Counted from the stretch's first letter, positions 33,785-48,491 are shown. The stretch: 64,000 bases of DNA from Amoebidium appalachense (GCA_963693365.1 CAVNZM010000013.1:3252722-3316721); one strand, 5' to 3'. Notes: a model not told the origin generated them from the letters alone. Numbers and translations: made by a program.

Positions 33785-34854
33785 CATATCTGATAATGTG
33801 TGTTAAAAAAATTTGTCCTTATGCAGTACTCGTTGTGCCTGCATGTCACCGAGTTTGTACATGTATACATTTGATTGTTTTTATTAATGCATATATCGGA
33901 GTCCAGTATTGTTTCAATGATTATTATGGCATATATATACAGTCTGAGCTTGTTATCATGCACCGTGTAGGGTTCCTCGTTCTCTGTCTTACCTGTGCAG
34001 CCCAAGTTCATGTGCAAATTTTAACTGAGCATGTACACAAAATGACGTGTATGACACCGAATTGTTCACGTGCATGCGCCGGCATGCGTACTGTAGTAAA
34101 AATGTGGTGAAAAATGTGCCCGCACCGCCGCGGCTTACGCTGTACCATTGGCTAGCTGATAGCCAATAAATGATGCGAAATGCTCTGATTGGATAATTTC
34201 CTATATCGTATTTACGAAAATCACCTCCGGAGGTGATTTCGTAAATACGATATAAAAGCGATCCCTATCGTATTTACAAAAAATAAAAGCCCGCGGCGTG
34301 TTTGGCATGCCACGGGATTGTATACGTATTTAGGCCCTAAATACGAATACGATTAAAAACCGTATTTTGCGCGCTACCAAACAGGCCCTAAACTAGGTAC
34401 TCGCATACAATCTAAAAAGGTTGAGCATGGTGCACGTGACATCAATACACAAAGACACACAAAGACACACGTGCTACAGATACACATCACGTGATACCAG
34501 CGCATGAGCCCATGCATGCATATGTTGGGCAGGCGCCGAAAATCCCTCACACACGTGCACCACACACATGCACGCACACGCACACGCACACACACACACA
34601 CACGTACAATACACACCGTGACACGCGTACACACACACGCACACACACACGCGCGCGCGCGCACACACAAACACACATACACGTACACATGCACACACAC
34701 ACAAACACACGCACACACGCACACACACTGTCAACGTTCACACACACTAACACGGGCACACAACACACACCGGCGTGCTGGGCACGCACGGGTTAGGAGG
34801 AGTTGCCTTAGTATCGAACACGAGGAGGTCCTTGGCAAATCATGTCACAGACTG

Positions 34855-35700
34855 ACGTCGACTCGGGTGGACCTCAATTTGTACCAAGTTTGTTCCCCAT
34901 CCACATTCGGGGCCGCTCAGAGGAAACAATCGTAACTACCAAGAAAATATGTAGGTTGGTATTGGCGGTTCACGTTTATTTATGATGTAATCCTTATAAT
35001 GAATATACATAGGTCTATCACTGCTGATATTGTGTAGTACGCCAATAACAACACCCTTCACGAGCACGTGGGTCGTGGAGTCGAATCTAGCTGCGAATGT
35101 GCCAGAAGGCGTTCCTATTGGTTTTCAAAACTCCATGTGACACATACTTAGAACCAATGCAAATGCGACAACCAAATGCTCACCCAGATCTACCAATCTA
35201 AAGGCTTGCGCATTTTAGGTGGGAGCCTATTCACCAATCGGAAGCGTTATAGATGGCCTCACTGGCCGAGCCAATCGTTTTGCGACAAACGGAAGAATAA
35301 GAGGAGGGTGATAAATTGCTCTGCTAGGCGATATGACGGTTTGGGGCTGCTGTGCGATGTCATACAGCATAACAAGAGACTGCATATAGAGAAAAACTTA
35401 AATTTTTAGGCCCACAGGTATAGTTAAGTGATGCATTCCTCCCTCCTTTTCTCAATACAACAGACACCCGGCCGTTGGCGATTCCCAACGTTAACAGTTC
35501 GCCGGGCCGTCAGCGTATGTGCATGGCCGGAATGCTGATGTCATGGGAAACACTACAAGCGATGGAATAAAGAAGGCCCATGCCATGGCTTCTTTCATCA
35601 GTTCGCGTGTATGTGCAGCTATAGATAAAAAAACAAGAAGCTGTTCATCTAAATTTCTTTTTTATTCAAATGGCGGCGTAATAAATCCTTATGCTGCTCC
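34855..35700 (+). pseudogene. Possible highly decayed Penelope-like reverse transcriptase relic
   Basis: Fragments across frames in RT motif order: ITADIV*Y, YQSKG..GAYSP, RRYDGLG, LNF, AFL. Many stops and frameshifts. Confidence 0.3.
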
Positions 35701-36351
35701 CAAAACAGCCAGTCGACCACATGCTACCCTCCTCTGAATACGGGCGGTGATTATCATATTTTTATCCAAGAGAATGTCACGCCCGGACTGGTGAAATCCT
35801 GCTGAGTCCAGTTGAGTTGATAAGGCAAACAGCCCGTGAAATGATATGCAATAGTATATAAAAGCAAGAAAAACAAAAATTAAAAAAGTTTGTTAAAATT
35901 ATAATAGCATAACGGTTAGAGAGTTTGTAACACTAGGCTATAAATAGTCCTAGGAGCTACCTCAAGAGGAAATCTTGCGATTCATCTATTGGATAGAGAT
36001 CTTTCAGATAAAGGAAGCAACGGCTTTCTTAGCCTATGGTTCCCCAATCATATTTTAACATGTTATCTTTTTGATCAAATAAAGTGAGCTTCACAGAACG
36101 CAAACATACATCCCATTGTCAGATCCAGATAATCACTGAGGGTAAGCAAAAACAACAAAAGCACCATATTAGCAATTATCTATTTCTGTTTACATTACAA
36201 ATGACCAATTTATTGATTTTTCAAGCTTATGGCTCTAAACACCCGCTACTTACTTCAATACTACCATAATCCCAAATACAACCCATAATCTTAAACGCGG
36301 ACTCGTAACGTGCGACCGAATTCCCTACAAATTCCCACGAGTCCCAGCGAA

Positions 36352-36821
36352 CAGGGAAGCGCCCAAAGATTCACGGGCCGGGTCGGATCGGGTTTCAATG
36401 TGTCGGGTCGGACTCGGTCGGTCATGGAAGATCTACTGCCAGGGTCGGTCGGTCACCGGTCACGTAAGTCCCAAACCGGGTCGATTACCGGGCCGGGTCT
36501 AGTCGAAAACCTCGGGAGTCCTCCTGAGCTAGTGGCTCCGGGCAGCGTGTGTTTTGCCGACGGTGTAACAAGCAGGCACATCCCCTGTTTAATTTGCACG
36601 CCCTTGTGTTTACACGGTGCTACGGTACGCACGTGTGTGTTGTGTGCGTGCGTGCATGTGCGCGCGTGTGTGTGCGGATGCGCACAGTGCGCGCGCGCGC
36701 GTGTATGTGTACTGTATGGTGTGCGTGTGTGTGTGCGTGTGCCACGTGTGTGTGTGTGCGGTGTATGTTTGTGTGTGTGTGTGCACGTGTGTGTGTGCCG
36801 TCTGTGTGTCTGAGTGCACGG

Positions 36822-36856
<35 letters not shown>

Positions 36857-37323
36857 ATGCGTGTGTGTGTGTGTGGGTGTGTGTGTGTTTGTGTTTGTGT
36901 GCCCAGTGTAAATTTGTGTGTGCCACGTGCGTGTATATATGGTGTGTGCAGCGTGTGCACGTACACGTGTGTGCGTGCCAGTACTAGTGTATGTGAGCGT
37001 ATGTAGGCAGCAACTACTTGTACATGTGTCATAAAGCAGTAAAAAATGATATATCATTGTACTTATACATAATCACTGTAGGCAACAAACGGAAAATAAT
37101 ACACAACTATTTAATAAGATATTAGTATTGTATTTACGTATGCCCCCCCACCTCCCCCCGGCCCGGATACCCAGGCGGGTTTTGGTCTCGGGCCGGGTCG
37201 GTCACGGGCCGGCCCGGCCTGGTATTTTTGGCTTTCGGGTATCTCTAAAATGACCTCGGTCATCCGACCGACCCGATGACCGGTCGGTCCCGGGTCGGCC
37301 CTGCCCGGGCCGGCACATCCCTG
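36352..37323. mobile_element. hAT-type MITE
   Basis: Ends CAGGGA.. / ..TCCCTG, perfect 8-bp TSD CCAGCGAA (36344-36351, 37324-37331), clustered GGGTCGG/CCGGG subterminal repeats at both ends and a (TG)-rich interior. Confidence 0.85.
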
Positions 37324-37807
37324 CCAGCGAAGCGTTCTGCGTGCATTGGATTAGGCCCCAAAAAAAAAACATCAAAAAGGCCGGAGGTCGTAACAGTTGC
37401 ACACAGTTCGTGGTTGCTTCTGTCTTCCGTAGGCAAAAGGTGTGTTTTTTCCTTGTATGGCGTAGGAGTTGTACAGGTGCATAAAGTATGGCGTTGTTTG
37501 AGGTCCCGGGTTGCCGTGGCAACAGCTGGCAGGGGTTGTTATTCAGAATTCGGATTTGGGGACGTGGGTCACAGGTTTTCCCTCGTATTTTTTTTTTTCG
37601 TGAGTCTGGTATACTGTCTTCAGACTTATGAAAAACTTCGTGTCAAAGTTGGGTGAGGCTTTGGTGGACATTCGAGTGGTTTGACAGGCTTCACTTTATT
37701 CAAGAGGAGGTGAAAGGGTGAACGGTGGACAGAAATACACCCGCACAGGCACACCACACAGGAACACACTGTGACAGACACACACATGCACCACACACAC
37801 ACAGACA

Positions 37808-37847
<40 letters not shown>

Positions 37848-37970
37848 GCACACACCACACAACACGCACACACACACACACACACGGACACGACCTCCCA
37901 CACACCCATTGCTCGGTGCATCCCCGCCAGACCAGGATACACAACACCGTACCCCTGACACACGTTCAGT

Positions 37971-38109
<139 letters not shown>

Positions 38110-38488
38110 CTGCTGCGCACCCGCCCTGCCGCGCTGTTCACGTAGGCTAGCGGGCGCTCCTGAACGCACAGTGATCGACACCACCAGTATCGATATCACA
38201 GCCATGCAGTAGCTACATACACAAGCATGCATGCACGCTGTCATTTTCACAGCCCAATACACCACGTGCATAAGCAAATCAGTTTAACTTTACAACAAAT
38301 GACATGATCTTAAACGGATATTGCACACAAAAGCACAAAACATTCCTAATTCTCTTTGCCATATGGCCACGTAACTTGAGCATCTTTACAAGGCATGACC
38401 TGCTCAACTTCAAAAAAAAAGTCCCTGACACCTCTTATTAACCTCTCGACCCCCCCCCCCCCCCCCCCCCCTCCCCCCTCCCTCCAAA

Positions 38489-38549
<61 letters not shown>

Positions 38550-38598
38550 CGCACACGCACCAAAAAAAAAATCCCCGCTACAGATACCATCCACCAAC

Positions 38599-38787
38599 AT
38601 GAAATCCGTAGTAGCCTTAATGACGGCGGGCCTGTGTGGCCTGCAAGCCACTGGCCTTAAACTCACCACCGAGTCACGCCCCCCGGTTATTCGCGCACCA
38701 ATCTCCCCCCTCGGTGCGACCAATCGGAATCCTCAGGTCCCCAAGGGTCTCTGCGACAATGTCAACTCCCTGGCTGGGGTATTTGTC

Positions 38788-38839
<52 letters not shown>

Positions 38840-38999
38840 ACAGACACCAGAACTGAAAAACCGAACACCATAACCTACTCCTTTCGATTTCGTGCGACCT
38901 TCCCTGTTAACCTTTTTGTTTTATTGTGTAGCTCTTTTGTCCCGAAAGCTTTTGAGGGCAGTTTCCTGTCGTATGTTTGGAACCAGCACCTCCCCCCCT

Positions 39000-39030
<31 letters not shown>

Positions 39031-39581
39031 CCTCTCCCCTCACCCCTGCATCCCCCCTCCCCCCACCCACCCACCCACCCACCCACCACCACCACCACCA
39101 CCACCACACCCCTTTTCCCCCTACTTTGTGGGTGAAAGAGACACTCAAAACAAGACAGAACTTTCGGATAGAAAAAAAACAACAAAAAGAAATAAATGCG
39201 CACTTATGCCATGCCCTACCCTTACACACACACGCCCTTTGTATGCCCAGTTTGCTGACCCATTCATGCACACAGTACTTTGACGTGATCCACGACAAGA
39301 AGTACTTCTACTGGATCTTTGAGAGCCGCAACAACCCCGACACTGACCCTGTGGTGCTCTGGATGACCGGTGGGCCCGGCTGCTCAGGAGAGCTGGTGTG
39401 TGTCCCCGTTCCTTTTTCAATTTCCTTTCTTTCCCCCCCCTTTATTTCTTTATTTCTTTCTAGTTCTTTCTGTCTTTTTTTTTCCTTTCTTTCTTTCCTT
39501 TTTCTTTCCTTTTCCTTTTTTCTTTTTCTTTTTCTTTTCTTTTTTTTCTTTTCTTTTTTTTTGGGGGGGGGGGGGGGGGGA

Positions 39582-39634
<53 letters not shown>

Positions 39635-40024
39635 GGGAGGGGGGAGGGGGAGGGGAGGGGGGGGGGGGGGGAGGGGGGGAGGGCGGGGGGAAGCGGGGGC
39701 AATACACAATATGAGTATCGGTGACATGCACAAGAAGAATTATAACTAGCAGCAGCACCAGTGCCAGCGAATGCTCAGCAGGGTTCAAACAGACTAAATA
39801 ACAACTTCTCATAGGCTACCCCTTTTTAACCATTTCATTCCATTGGCCACCAGGCCCTGTTCCACGAGAACGGTGCGTGCCTCATCAATGACGACCACAA
39901 GACCACCCGGCCCAACCCCCACAGCTGGAACAAAAATGCAAACCTTATCTTCATCGATCAGCCGGCCGGCGTTGGTATTCCCCCCCCCCCCCCCCCCCTT
40001 CCCCCTTCTTCCACTGCTCTCGTC

Positions 40025-40090
<66 letters not shown>

Positions 40091-40421
40091 CCCCCCAACA
40101 CACACGCACATACACACACAGACACACACACCACCACCACTACCACCAACACTGCAAACAAATGTGCATGCTTATGATGAATAGTTTTTGTGTGCGATCG
40201 TTTTTGCAAAGTCTGCATGGTGTTGTCCGTGGTCCGTTGTGATTGTGGACTTTGCACAATGCAACACATTCCAAAGCTCCACTACACACACATTAACACA
40301 AGTGTGCACAGGTACACCCCAGCTTAAACAACCCCAAAAGTCTAACTATTATCTATCAAGGCACAAAACGCATCCACACATGTGATGCACGTGCACACAC
40401 ACATGCGCGCGCACGCGCGAC

Positions 40422-40457
<36 letters not shown>

Positions 40458-40635
40458 ACACATACACACACACGCATACTGGCCATAAATATACCCCCCA
40501 CACAAATCCTCTTGATGCACGTACGCACACAATTGGCACGTACACTGTACACACACACAGACACCTGAACACACCTGCACAGAAACCTGGATACGTACAC
40601 ACACACACACACGTACACACATACATCCACTTTAT

Positions 40636-40717
<82 letters not shown>

Positions 40718-41628
40718 ACACTGACACTGACACACACACACTGACACTGACACTGACACACACACACACACACACTGACACACGTGCACACACGTGCAGG
40801 GTTCTCCACGGGCACAGCCAATGCCACCGATGAGGACACGGTAGCCAGCCAGATGTATCTCTTCCTCGAACACTTCTTCACCGCTAACCCCCAGCTGGCT
40901 GACAATGGTTTTTACATCTTTGGCGAGTCGTACGTGTTCTAACCCCCCCCCCCCCCCCAAAAAAAAAAAAAAAAAAAAAAAGGAAACAAAAAAGAAAGAG
41001 AGAGAGAATAATAAACAAACAAATAACTTGAGTAAGTAAATAAAGAAGGAGGATTGGGCTTTTGAAAAGACTTTGGGACCCCTTTCCAAATAGGCTCTGC
41101 TAGTGATGTGTGGTCTGTGTATGTGCTCTTTGTGTGGTCTGTGTATGTGCTCTTTTTTCCTTCGTAAAACGGTGCTGTCCATCCACCTGCCATATATGTC
41201 CATGGACTTACCATAAACGGCAGGTACGGGGGCCACTATGTGCCGGCTGTGGCCAAGCGTGTCCTGGAAGAGAACCGAAGGACCGACAAGCCGGCCGACT
41301 TTGTGCGCATCCACTTGAAGGGTGTCGGCATTGGAAACGGTCTGACTGTACGTGCATCCCTTTCCCCCCCCCCCCCCCAACACACACACACACCCATACC
41401 CACCCACTCACCCGCACGCACACGCCCACCACCACCAAAATCAAAAAGAAAATGAAGAGCAAAAAAATGAGGGGGACAGGAGGGAAAGCGAAAAAACAAG
41501 GAAGGCGAAAAAAGAAAGTGTGTGTCTTTGATTAGGGTTTTCCCTGCCCCGGGGGAGAGGGGGGGGGGGGGGGGAGGATGCTAAGCTGTTGTGGATTCCC
41601 CACTGACCAACTTACACACACACACACA

Positions 41629-41665
<37 letters not shown>

Positions 41666-41666
41666 G

Positions 41667-41709
<43 letters not shown>

Positions 41710-43104
41710 TTCATCCACAGGACCCGCTCATGCAGTATGCCATGGTGAGAGCCCCTTCCTTTCTTCCTCTCCCCCCCCCCCCCCCCCCTCCCCCCCCTTT
41801 CCCTCCCTTGTGCCCAGCAAGTCCCAAGCTTTAAATGCCTCTCCACTTGTTGTAACGGAGAAATCACTTGCTTTCATTCTTTTTGACATCTCTTTGATGT
41901 TTTTCTTATGGACTTTTTCCGGCGCGACATCAATAGATGGTGCCGGATCGAAGAATGTTGGCTTGCTTGTAATGGGCTGTATGGAGCAATCTCCTGTTAG
42001 GCATCTTTATTATGCCATATGAACGAATATATTGAGAGATTTTGGCTCATTCGATTATCTCTTACCAATTCCACGTTTTTTTCTTTATGCATTTCGAGTT
42101 TCTTTTTTTAGAAGCAAACACCCCTCCCCCCTTCCCCACCCTCCCCCCCCCCCACCCCCTGCCCTCCCCCTTTCCCCTTTCAGCCCCCCTAGCGTACCGA
42201 TGTTTCACGCCTGGTGTAAACAGCATGTTTAGTTTCTCACCCAACTTTTGGGTTTCAATTGGCCACCTGCTTTATACATTGTTTTAATACTGGCTCCTCT
42301 TTGGCTGCAGTACCCCGACTATGCGCGCTACAGCCCCATTGGCCCTCTGGTCACGGATGAGGAGTACAAGGAGATGAAGGCCGGCTGGCCAAAGTGCAAG
42401 GCAAGCATCGTCGCATGCCAGGTATGTGCTTAACATTCCTTAAGACCCCATTGGTATGCACGGAATGCGCTTTTGCTTCGTGCCAAAATGAAAGTTTAAC
42501 CAGATTTAATCGTTTAACAACAACGCCACACGTTTTTCTTGCGTCGAATCTTATGCTGTTGCTTTCTATGCGATATTGTTTGCGCGTGAGTGCGTGCATA
42601 GGAGAGAAAGTGGGGGTGGGGATACGGTTTAGGAAGGGAAAAAGAGGGGGGGGACCCTTACCTGCATGCAAATCCATACACACACGTGCCAACACGATTC
42701 AAACACACCTGTTCGTTCTCTCCCCTCCACTCGCATATTTGTTTTCTGTTTCCTTTTCTTCTGCTCATTTTTGTGCTTTCCCCCACTCCACCCCACCCCC
42801 TCACTTCTGCTTTTCGCTCCTCCTCGCCCGCTCCTTTTCCTGTTTCTTGTTACCTTTTCCCGGCTCATATTTCAACATCTTGTTGTTTCTCCCGTGCTCA
42901 CCCGTTTTTTTTTTGTTTTTTTTTTTTCTTCAGAGCGGTGACAAGCAGGCCTGTGAGGAGGGAGGGCAGGAGTGCATGATGAGCCTCGTGTACCCGGTAA
43001 TGAGCAAGGGCCTGAACCACTACGACATCAGGCAGAAGTGTGCAAAGCCACCCATGTGCTACGACTTCCAGGTAAGAAGACCTTTTTCTCTTTCTTCTTT
43101 TCCC

Positions 43105-43135
<31 letters not shown>

Positions 43136-43237
43136 TTGTTTTTGTTTTTGGTGATAAGGCACTAAGGATTTTTTTGTCGTGTTGTGTGTGTGTGTTTGCA
43201 ACACACTCGATTTTTCACACAGGTGGAAATGGGGGCG

Positions 43238-43293
<56 letters not shown>

Positions 43294-43671
43294 ACGAATG
43301 TTTAGTGATGTTTTATGAGTTGCTGTGTTGTACGTAAACACACACGTCAGATATATTTCGCACGGACACACACACCGACTCAAGAACCCCACCCATTCAC
43401 CAGACATTCACAGACACACACACAGACCTACTGCACGAGCAGGTTTGTTCCGTGTTGTTTTGTCCGTCGCGAAGGCGTACTCAAGACACAAGCTCGTACT
43501 ATGCAGCACATTCTAATCCTCCCTCTCGCTCCTCAATGCCCATCTCCGCCCCTCAAAGAAAAACCACTCGGCGCCCACACACAAACACCCCCCACATCCC
43601 CCCCCCCGCCCCCTCTCCCCCCCCCCCTCACACACACACACACCTACACTCCCACCCATCCCCCCCCCCCC

Positions 43672-43706
<35 letters not shown>

Positions 43707-45031
43707 CCCCACCCCCACCCCCACATCCCTTACACACACGCACACACACACGTACACGTACACAGGATGTAGTCGACTTCCTTGGCCAGGAGAGTGTGCG
43801 TGAGGCTCTAGGTGTTGGTGACGTGGAGTGGCAGCCCTGCAACATGGAGGTGCACAAACACTTCACATGCGACTATCTGCAGGACTTTGCTTCGAACATC
43901 GCATATCTGCTCAGCCTCGGCAAACAGGTTCTGGTATGTGTGTGGAAACCTCATCAACATTCAACCCCCTCCCCCCCCCCCCTTCCCCCTTATTCTTGAC
44001 CCCCTTAATATGTGGAAGGTTTAATGCTCAACTCCCCCCTTCCCCCCTTCTCCCTTCCCCCCCTTCCCCCCCCCCCCCCCCCCCCCCCCCCCAACTAAAT
44101 TTGCTTCAAACGTCGGATACCTGCTCAGCATAGGAAGGCAGGTTTCTGGTACGTGGAAATCTCATCATTCAACATCCCCCCTCCTCTCCCTCCCCCTTCA
44201 TACGTCTTGTTTCTATGTGAAAACCCGTCTCCTCTTCCTTCCCCCTATGTATCCGTGGTAGTTTTAGGTAGTTTCAACATCCCCCCCCCCTCCCCCCCCC
44301 TCTCTCTCTCTCCCCCCCCCTCCTCCCCCACTGCCCGCTTTTTATATTTTGAGGCCTTAACATTCAACCCGTCCTCTCCTCACCCTTCCCCCCTCCCTAG
44401 AACACTGTTCATCTCAAGTGTGCAAGCCCCCGAATTTGCACCTCGTCTGGAAAGATCGGTACCTACTATGCTTTTTTCCATCTTACCTTAAACCCCCCTC
44501 CCTCCCTCCCAACCTTGAAATTCACAGATTTACGCCGGTGAGGATGATTTCATCTGCAACTACCTGGGCAACAAGGCCTGGGCCATCAACCTCGACTGGC
44601 CCGGCCAGAACATCTTTGCTTCTGCCCCCGACCTGCCCTGGCTGGTGAACGGGGAGAAGGCGGGGCTCGTGCGCAGCCATGCAAATTTCACCTTCCTCCA
44701 GATCCACGAGGCTGGACACATGGTAATTTCACATAGAACCCCCCCCCCCCCTCTCCTCCCACCACACCTTCCAGCACCAACCTGTGTTTACGTACTAAAA
44801 AATCTCAAAACTTTACTCCCCGTCATGGAGATAGCACTGCTATTTTTCATAAACCCCCACAAGTTTTCTAACCTCGTACCTCGTGATGAATATAACGCCC
44901 AAGTCACTTGAAATTCTAACAAACCGTCCGTGCAGGTCCCCCTTGACCAGCCCGAGCGGTCTCTGGTGATGCTCGACACATTCCTCAACCACGGCAAGTT
45001 CTCCGATTATGTCGACATCGAGGACTTCTAG
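38599..45031 (+). CDS. Serine carboxypeptidase, peptidase S10 family (CPY/CBP1-like), 468 aa, 11 exons
   Basis: Exons 38599-38778, 39276-39395, 39854-39974, 40800-40929, 41224-41347, 41721-41744, 42311-42421, 42934-43071, 43766-43933, 44528-44722 and 44936-45031, all in phase. Signal-like N-terminus, [27 protein letters not shown] (Ser), [10 protein letters not shown] (Asp) and EAGHMVP (His). Confidence 0.95.
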
Positions 45032-46043
45032 ATATTTCCGGAATGTTCTAGGCTGTTCTGTCGTTTTTTCTTTCAAAGCAGGGAGTGTCTGCCAATAGTC
45101 TCGTGTTTTGGTTTCCCATTGCGGGGTGTTCACCAATGACATGGCCGCTTTAGCTTTTAAAGCTTATTTTCAAATCATTCTATTTTTTCAGCATTAAGCT
45201 TAAAGCTTATTTTCAAATCATTCTATTTTTTCAGCATTAAGACGATTGCGTCATGTATGCTCATTATCCCGTTTGCTTTTTGCACCCCATATGTATGTGT
45301 TTCAGTAGTAGTATGATAGTAGTAGTGAATTTCACAACGGAAATGTGTGGCACAAGTACACCATGCACACACACTCAGTCTTAAGAGATTTTTGCATCTT
45401 GCATGTTTAGTTTAACTCTCTACAGGTCTTACATGTGCTACCATGTTGCAGTGCTCTTTGAATCTGACCGAGTTTCGGGCTCAACGCAGCCCGTTTTTGG
45501 GCAATCATGGAGGGTGGGGTTCCTGGTTCTTATGGACCCCCCCCTACCCACCCCTCGGCCGGACCCAGCCCGAATGGGGGGGTCTTGCCTACGTATGTAA
45601 TACATACATGTATTATATGTCATACATGTAGTATATGCATGTACTACATACTAAAATACATTATACGTCCTGCTATGGAATTTCTGAGAAATGTGTGCCC
45701 TTGCTGGCAGGTCTACAGGAGGCGTTGTCCCTCCCCCCCCCCCCCCCCCCCCCCACCCCCACCCCCACCAATTCCGAAGACTCGGACCCGCGCCTCCCCC
45801 CCCCCCCCCCCCTCCCCCCCCTCCCCCCGCAACAGTAATAGAGTTGATGAATTCTGTTGTCTATTCCTTCGCTTCCAGGTTTGCTGCTCTCTTCACACAT
45901 TCATCTTCTCCCCCCCCCCCCCTTGCCCATCTCGCCCCGCGGCCCCTCCTCCCTCCCTCATCTAGCCCCTCGTGTTTGGGGGGTCCTTAGCCAGTGGCCC
46001 CTGAATCGGATGGGACGAGTAGGATGGGTTCCTTTTAATTTTT

Positions 46044-46123
<80 letters not shown>

Positions 46124-46134
46124 GTGCGTGCGTG

Positions 46135-46183
<49 letters not shown>

Positions 46184-47295
46184 GTGTATGTGTGTGTGTG
46201 TGTGTGTGTGTCGTGGTGTGGTGGCGGCGTGGTGGTGGTTGGGGGGGGGGGGGGGGGGGGGGGGGGGGTCGGAGGGGTACAAAATTGTGTGAACAGAGGA
46301 ATGGGCAGGAGGGACGATTCATGTTGTGAGAGGGACCTGGGAGAGGCTATCAGGAAAGAAATCTAAGGACCCCCCCCCCCCCCCCCCAAAAAAAAAGCCC
46401 CGTCCTCCCCCCTTCCTCCCCCCCCCCCCCCCTTCCCCCCAACCCTAACATTCCCCCCCTCCTCCCCCCCAACACACACACACACACATACTGTCTCCTC
46501 CCCCGGCCCCAACCCACCTGTTTCTTTCCTTTTTCGCCGATATATAGATTTTACATGTTGAAAAGGCGGATTTCTTTTAGACCGATTTATGGACCCTTGC
46601 GTGCTGATAACGGCGGATGGGCACATTTGTATTTAATTTACATGCTGATAGCGGCTGATGGGCATCTTGCCAATTATAATAAAGCGCGATCTCCTTCCGA
46701 ATCGGGCCTATTGGGCCCGACCCGGAAACCGAAAAACAACCGGCCTCACAGGCTTTGTTCGAAATTCCTGCCGGCTCATTGAAAGGCCAGTTAATAGATT
46801 CTGAGGGAAGCATTGCCAAGCACGGGGGCTGGTCGTTTGAACTGCAAGGGAAAGAAATTCACTCAAATTTTCAACTAATATTAGACAATGGACTCAGAAA
46901 TGAGGGCCCATCGGTCTGTGGTGCTGGTGGTGGTGAATGGGGAATTGGGGCGGGGAGAGGGGGGAGAAGGGGGGGGGGGGGGGGGGGGGGGGGGTAGAGG
47001 GAGCAGGGAAGCACGAGCATGTGTACATGCGTGTGTGTTTTCTTCTGAAGCCGCTGTAGGTGAATATTCATCGTGCAAACGTAGACTCTTCTTGTCAACC
47101 AATCACTCAGTCTCTGGATGCTCTCACTCTGCGCATGCCAGCCCATATTGAGATATTGTACCGTGCACGATAGGCGAACTTTTTTATAAATAAAAAAAAA
47201 TGTATGGAAATGACTAGCAAATAACAACTGGCCAAACTGATATTCTTTTTGTCTTCGGGGGAAAGCAAAAATGATAAGGGTATCCGAGGGAGGGA

Positions 47296-47343
<48 letters not shown>

Positions 47344-47597
47344 AGCAAAGGTGGTGCATCTACATAGCCCATTGTACTCTTTTTCCATACAGCCCTTCAC
47401 ATTAAAAGATTCACTAAGTGCCCGTGCAAAACCAAAAAGCTAGGCTTAGCGACTAAAAAGGTAAATTGTCTAAGCACCAGATGACTACTCATATACGGAA
47501 TAGAAACCGGTGAAAAACGATACAGGATATTAATGGAATCAATCCATTGAGCGAAATTTTGACTGTCTTGATAACGAAAAAAAAAAAAAAGAAAAGG

Positions 47598-47628
<31 letters not shown>

Positions 47629-47679
47629 CACCCAAAAGGAAAAGAAATCACCGGGAACAGAATATATTCCGATTGGTTG

Positions 47680-47950
47680 CTAGGCAACACACCAATCCTT
47701 TGACACGCCCGCAGGGCATTTCCATTTTGGGTAGATGGGTTTCACCCTATCTCCCGCCGCATTCCATTTTGCAAGATGTACCGACTGGTATATGTCCCAC
47801 AGGTTATTCACAAACGTCTTCATGCGTGAAACTTCGGCTTCCCAAATATTCATGTCGATCCCCGCCTCTCCGTTTCGAATGTACGGCCGAATGCGAGCGG
47901 CCATACGATCTAATACCTGTATGTGATTGGTTATTTTAATTGTAAATAAC

Positions 47951-47984
<34 letters not shown>

Positions 47985-48399
47985 GCGCACGTAAATCCGT
48001 CAAAACTTTGGCTCAATGGTTCCCTGCAGCTCGGCGAATCACACCATTTCCAAGAAGTCGCCCACCCCCTCCCCCGCCTTCCCCCACCCCACCCTCCCCC
48101 CACCGGGAAACCTAGTGATGAAGCCACCCCCCCCGCTCCCCCCTTTCCCCCCCCCCCCCTCCTCTCTTTCCTTACTTCTTTCTCCTGGACTCTGCCATAT
48201 GTGCCCCTTTTCACTGATTTCGCATTCCCCCCTTATCCCCCCTCCCCCCCCCCCCCCAAAAAAAAGGAGTGGGGGGGAGGGAAAAAAAAAAAAAAAACGG
48301 AACTTATATGAACGGTGAAGGAATATCGCATGCAGATGCAGTATAAGGAGAGCGCGATGATCGACGTCTGTAATCCCGGAGTGTTTTTCTTTTTTTTGG

Positions 48400-48439
<40 letters not shown>

Positions 48440-48443
48440 TGTG

Positions 48444-48491
<48 letters not shown>

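Larger units (their letters stand above)
30222..34388. mobile_element. PIF/Harbinger (Tourist-like) non-autonomous DNA transposon
   Basis: TIR GGGCCTGTTTGG(C/T)AGC at both ends, 3-bp TSD TAA (30219-30221, 34389-34391), and subterminal palindromes CGTATTTAGGCCCTAAATACG at both ends. About 1 kb once the nested hAT is removed. Confidence 0.85.

Noticed and set aside
45157-45242. 43-bp direct duplication (similar short ones at 41106-41155 and 17441-17468)
   Set aside because: Ordinary local slippage duplications.
45449-46770. Possible MITE with CCGA/CGGG-rich ends
   Set aside because: TIRs do not match and there is no TSD.
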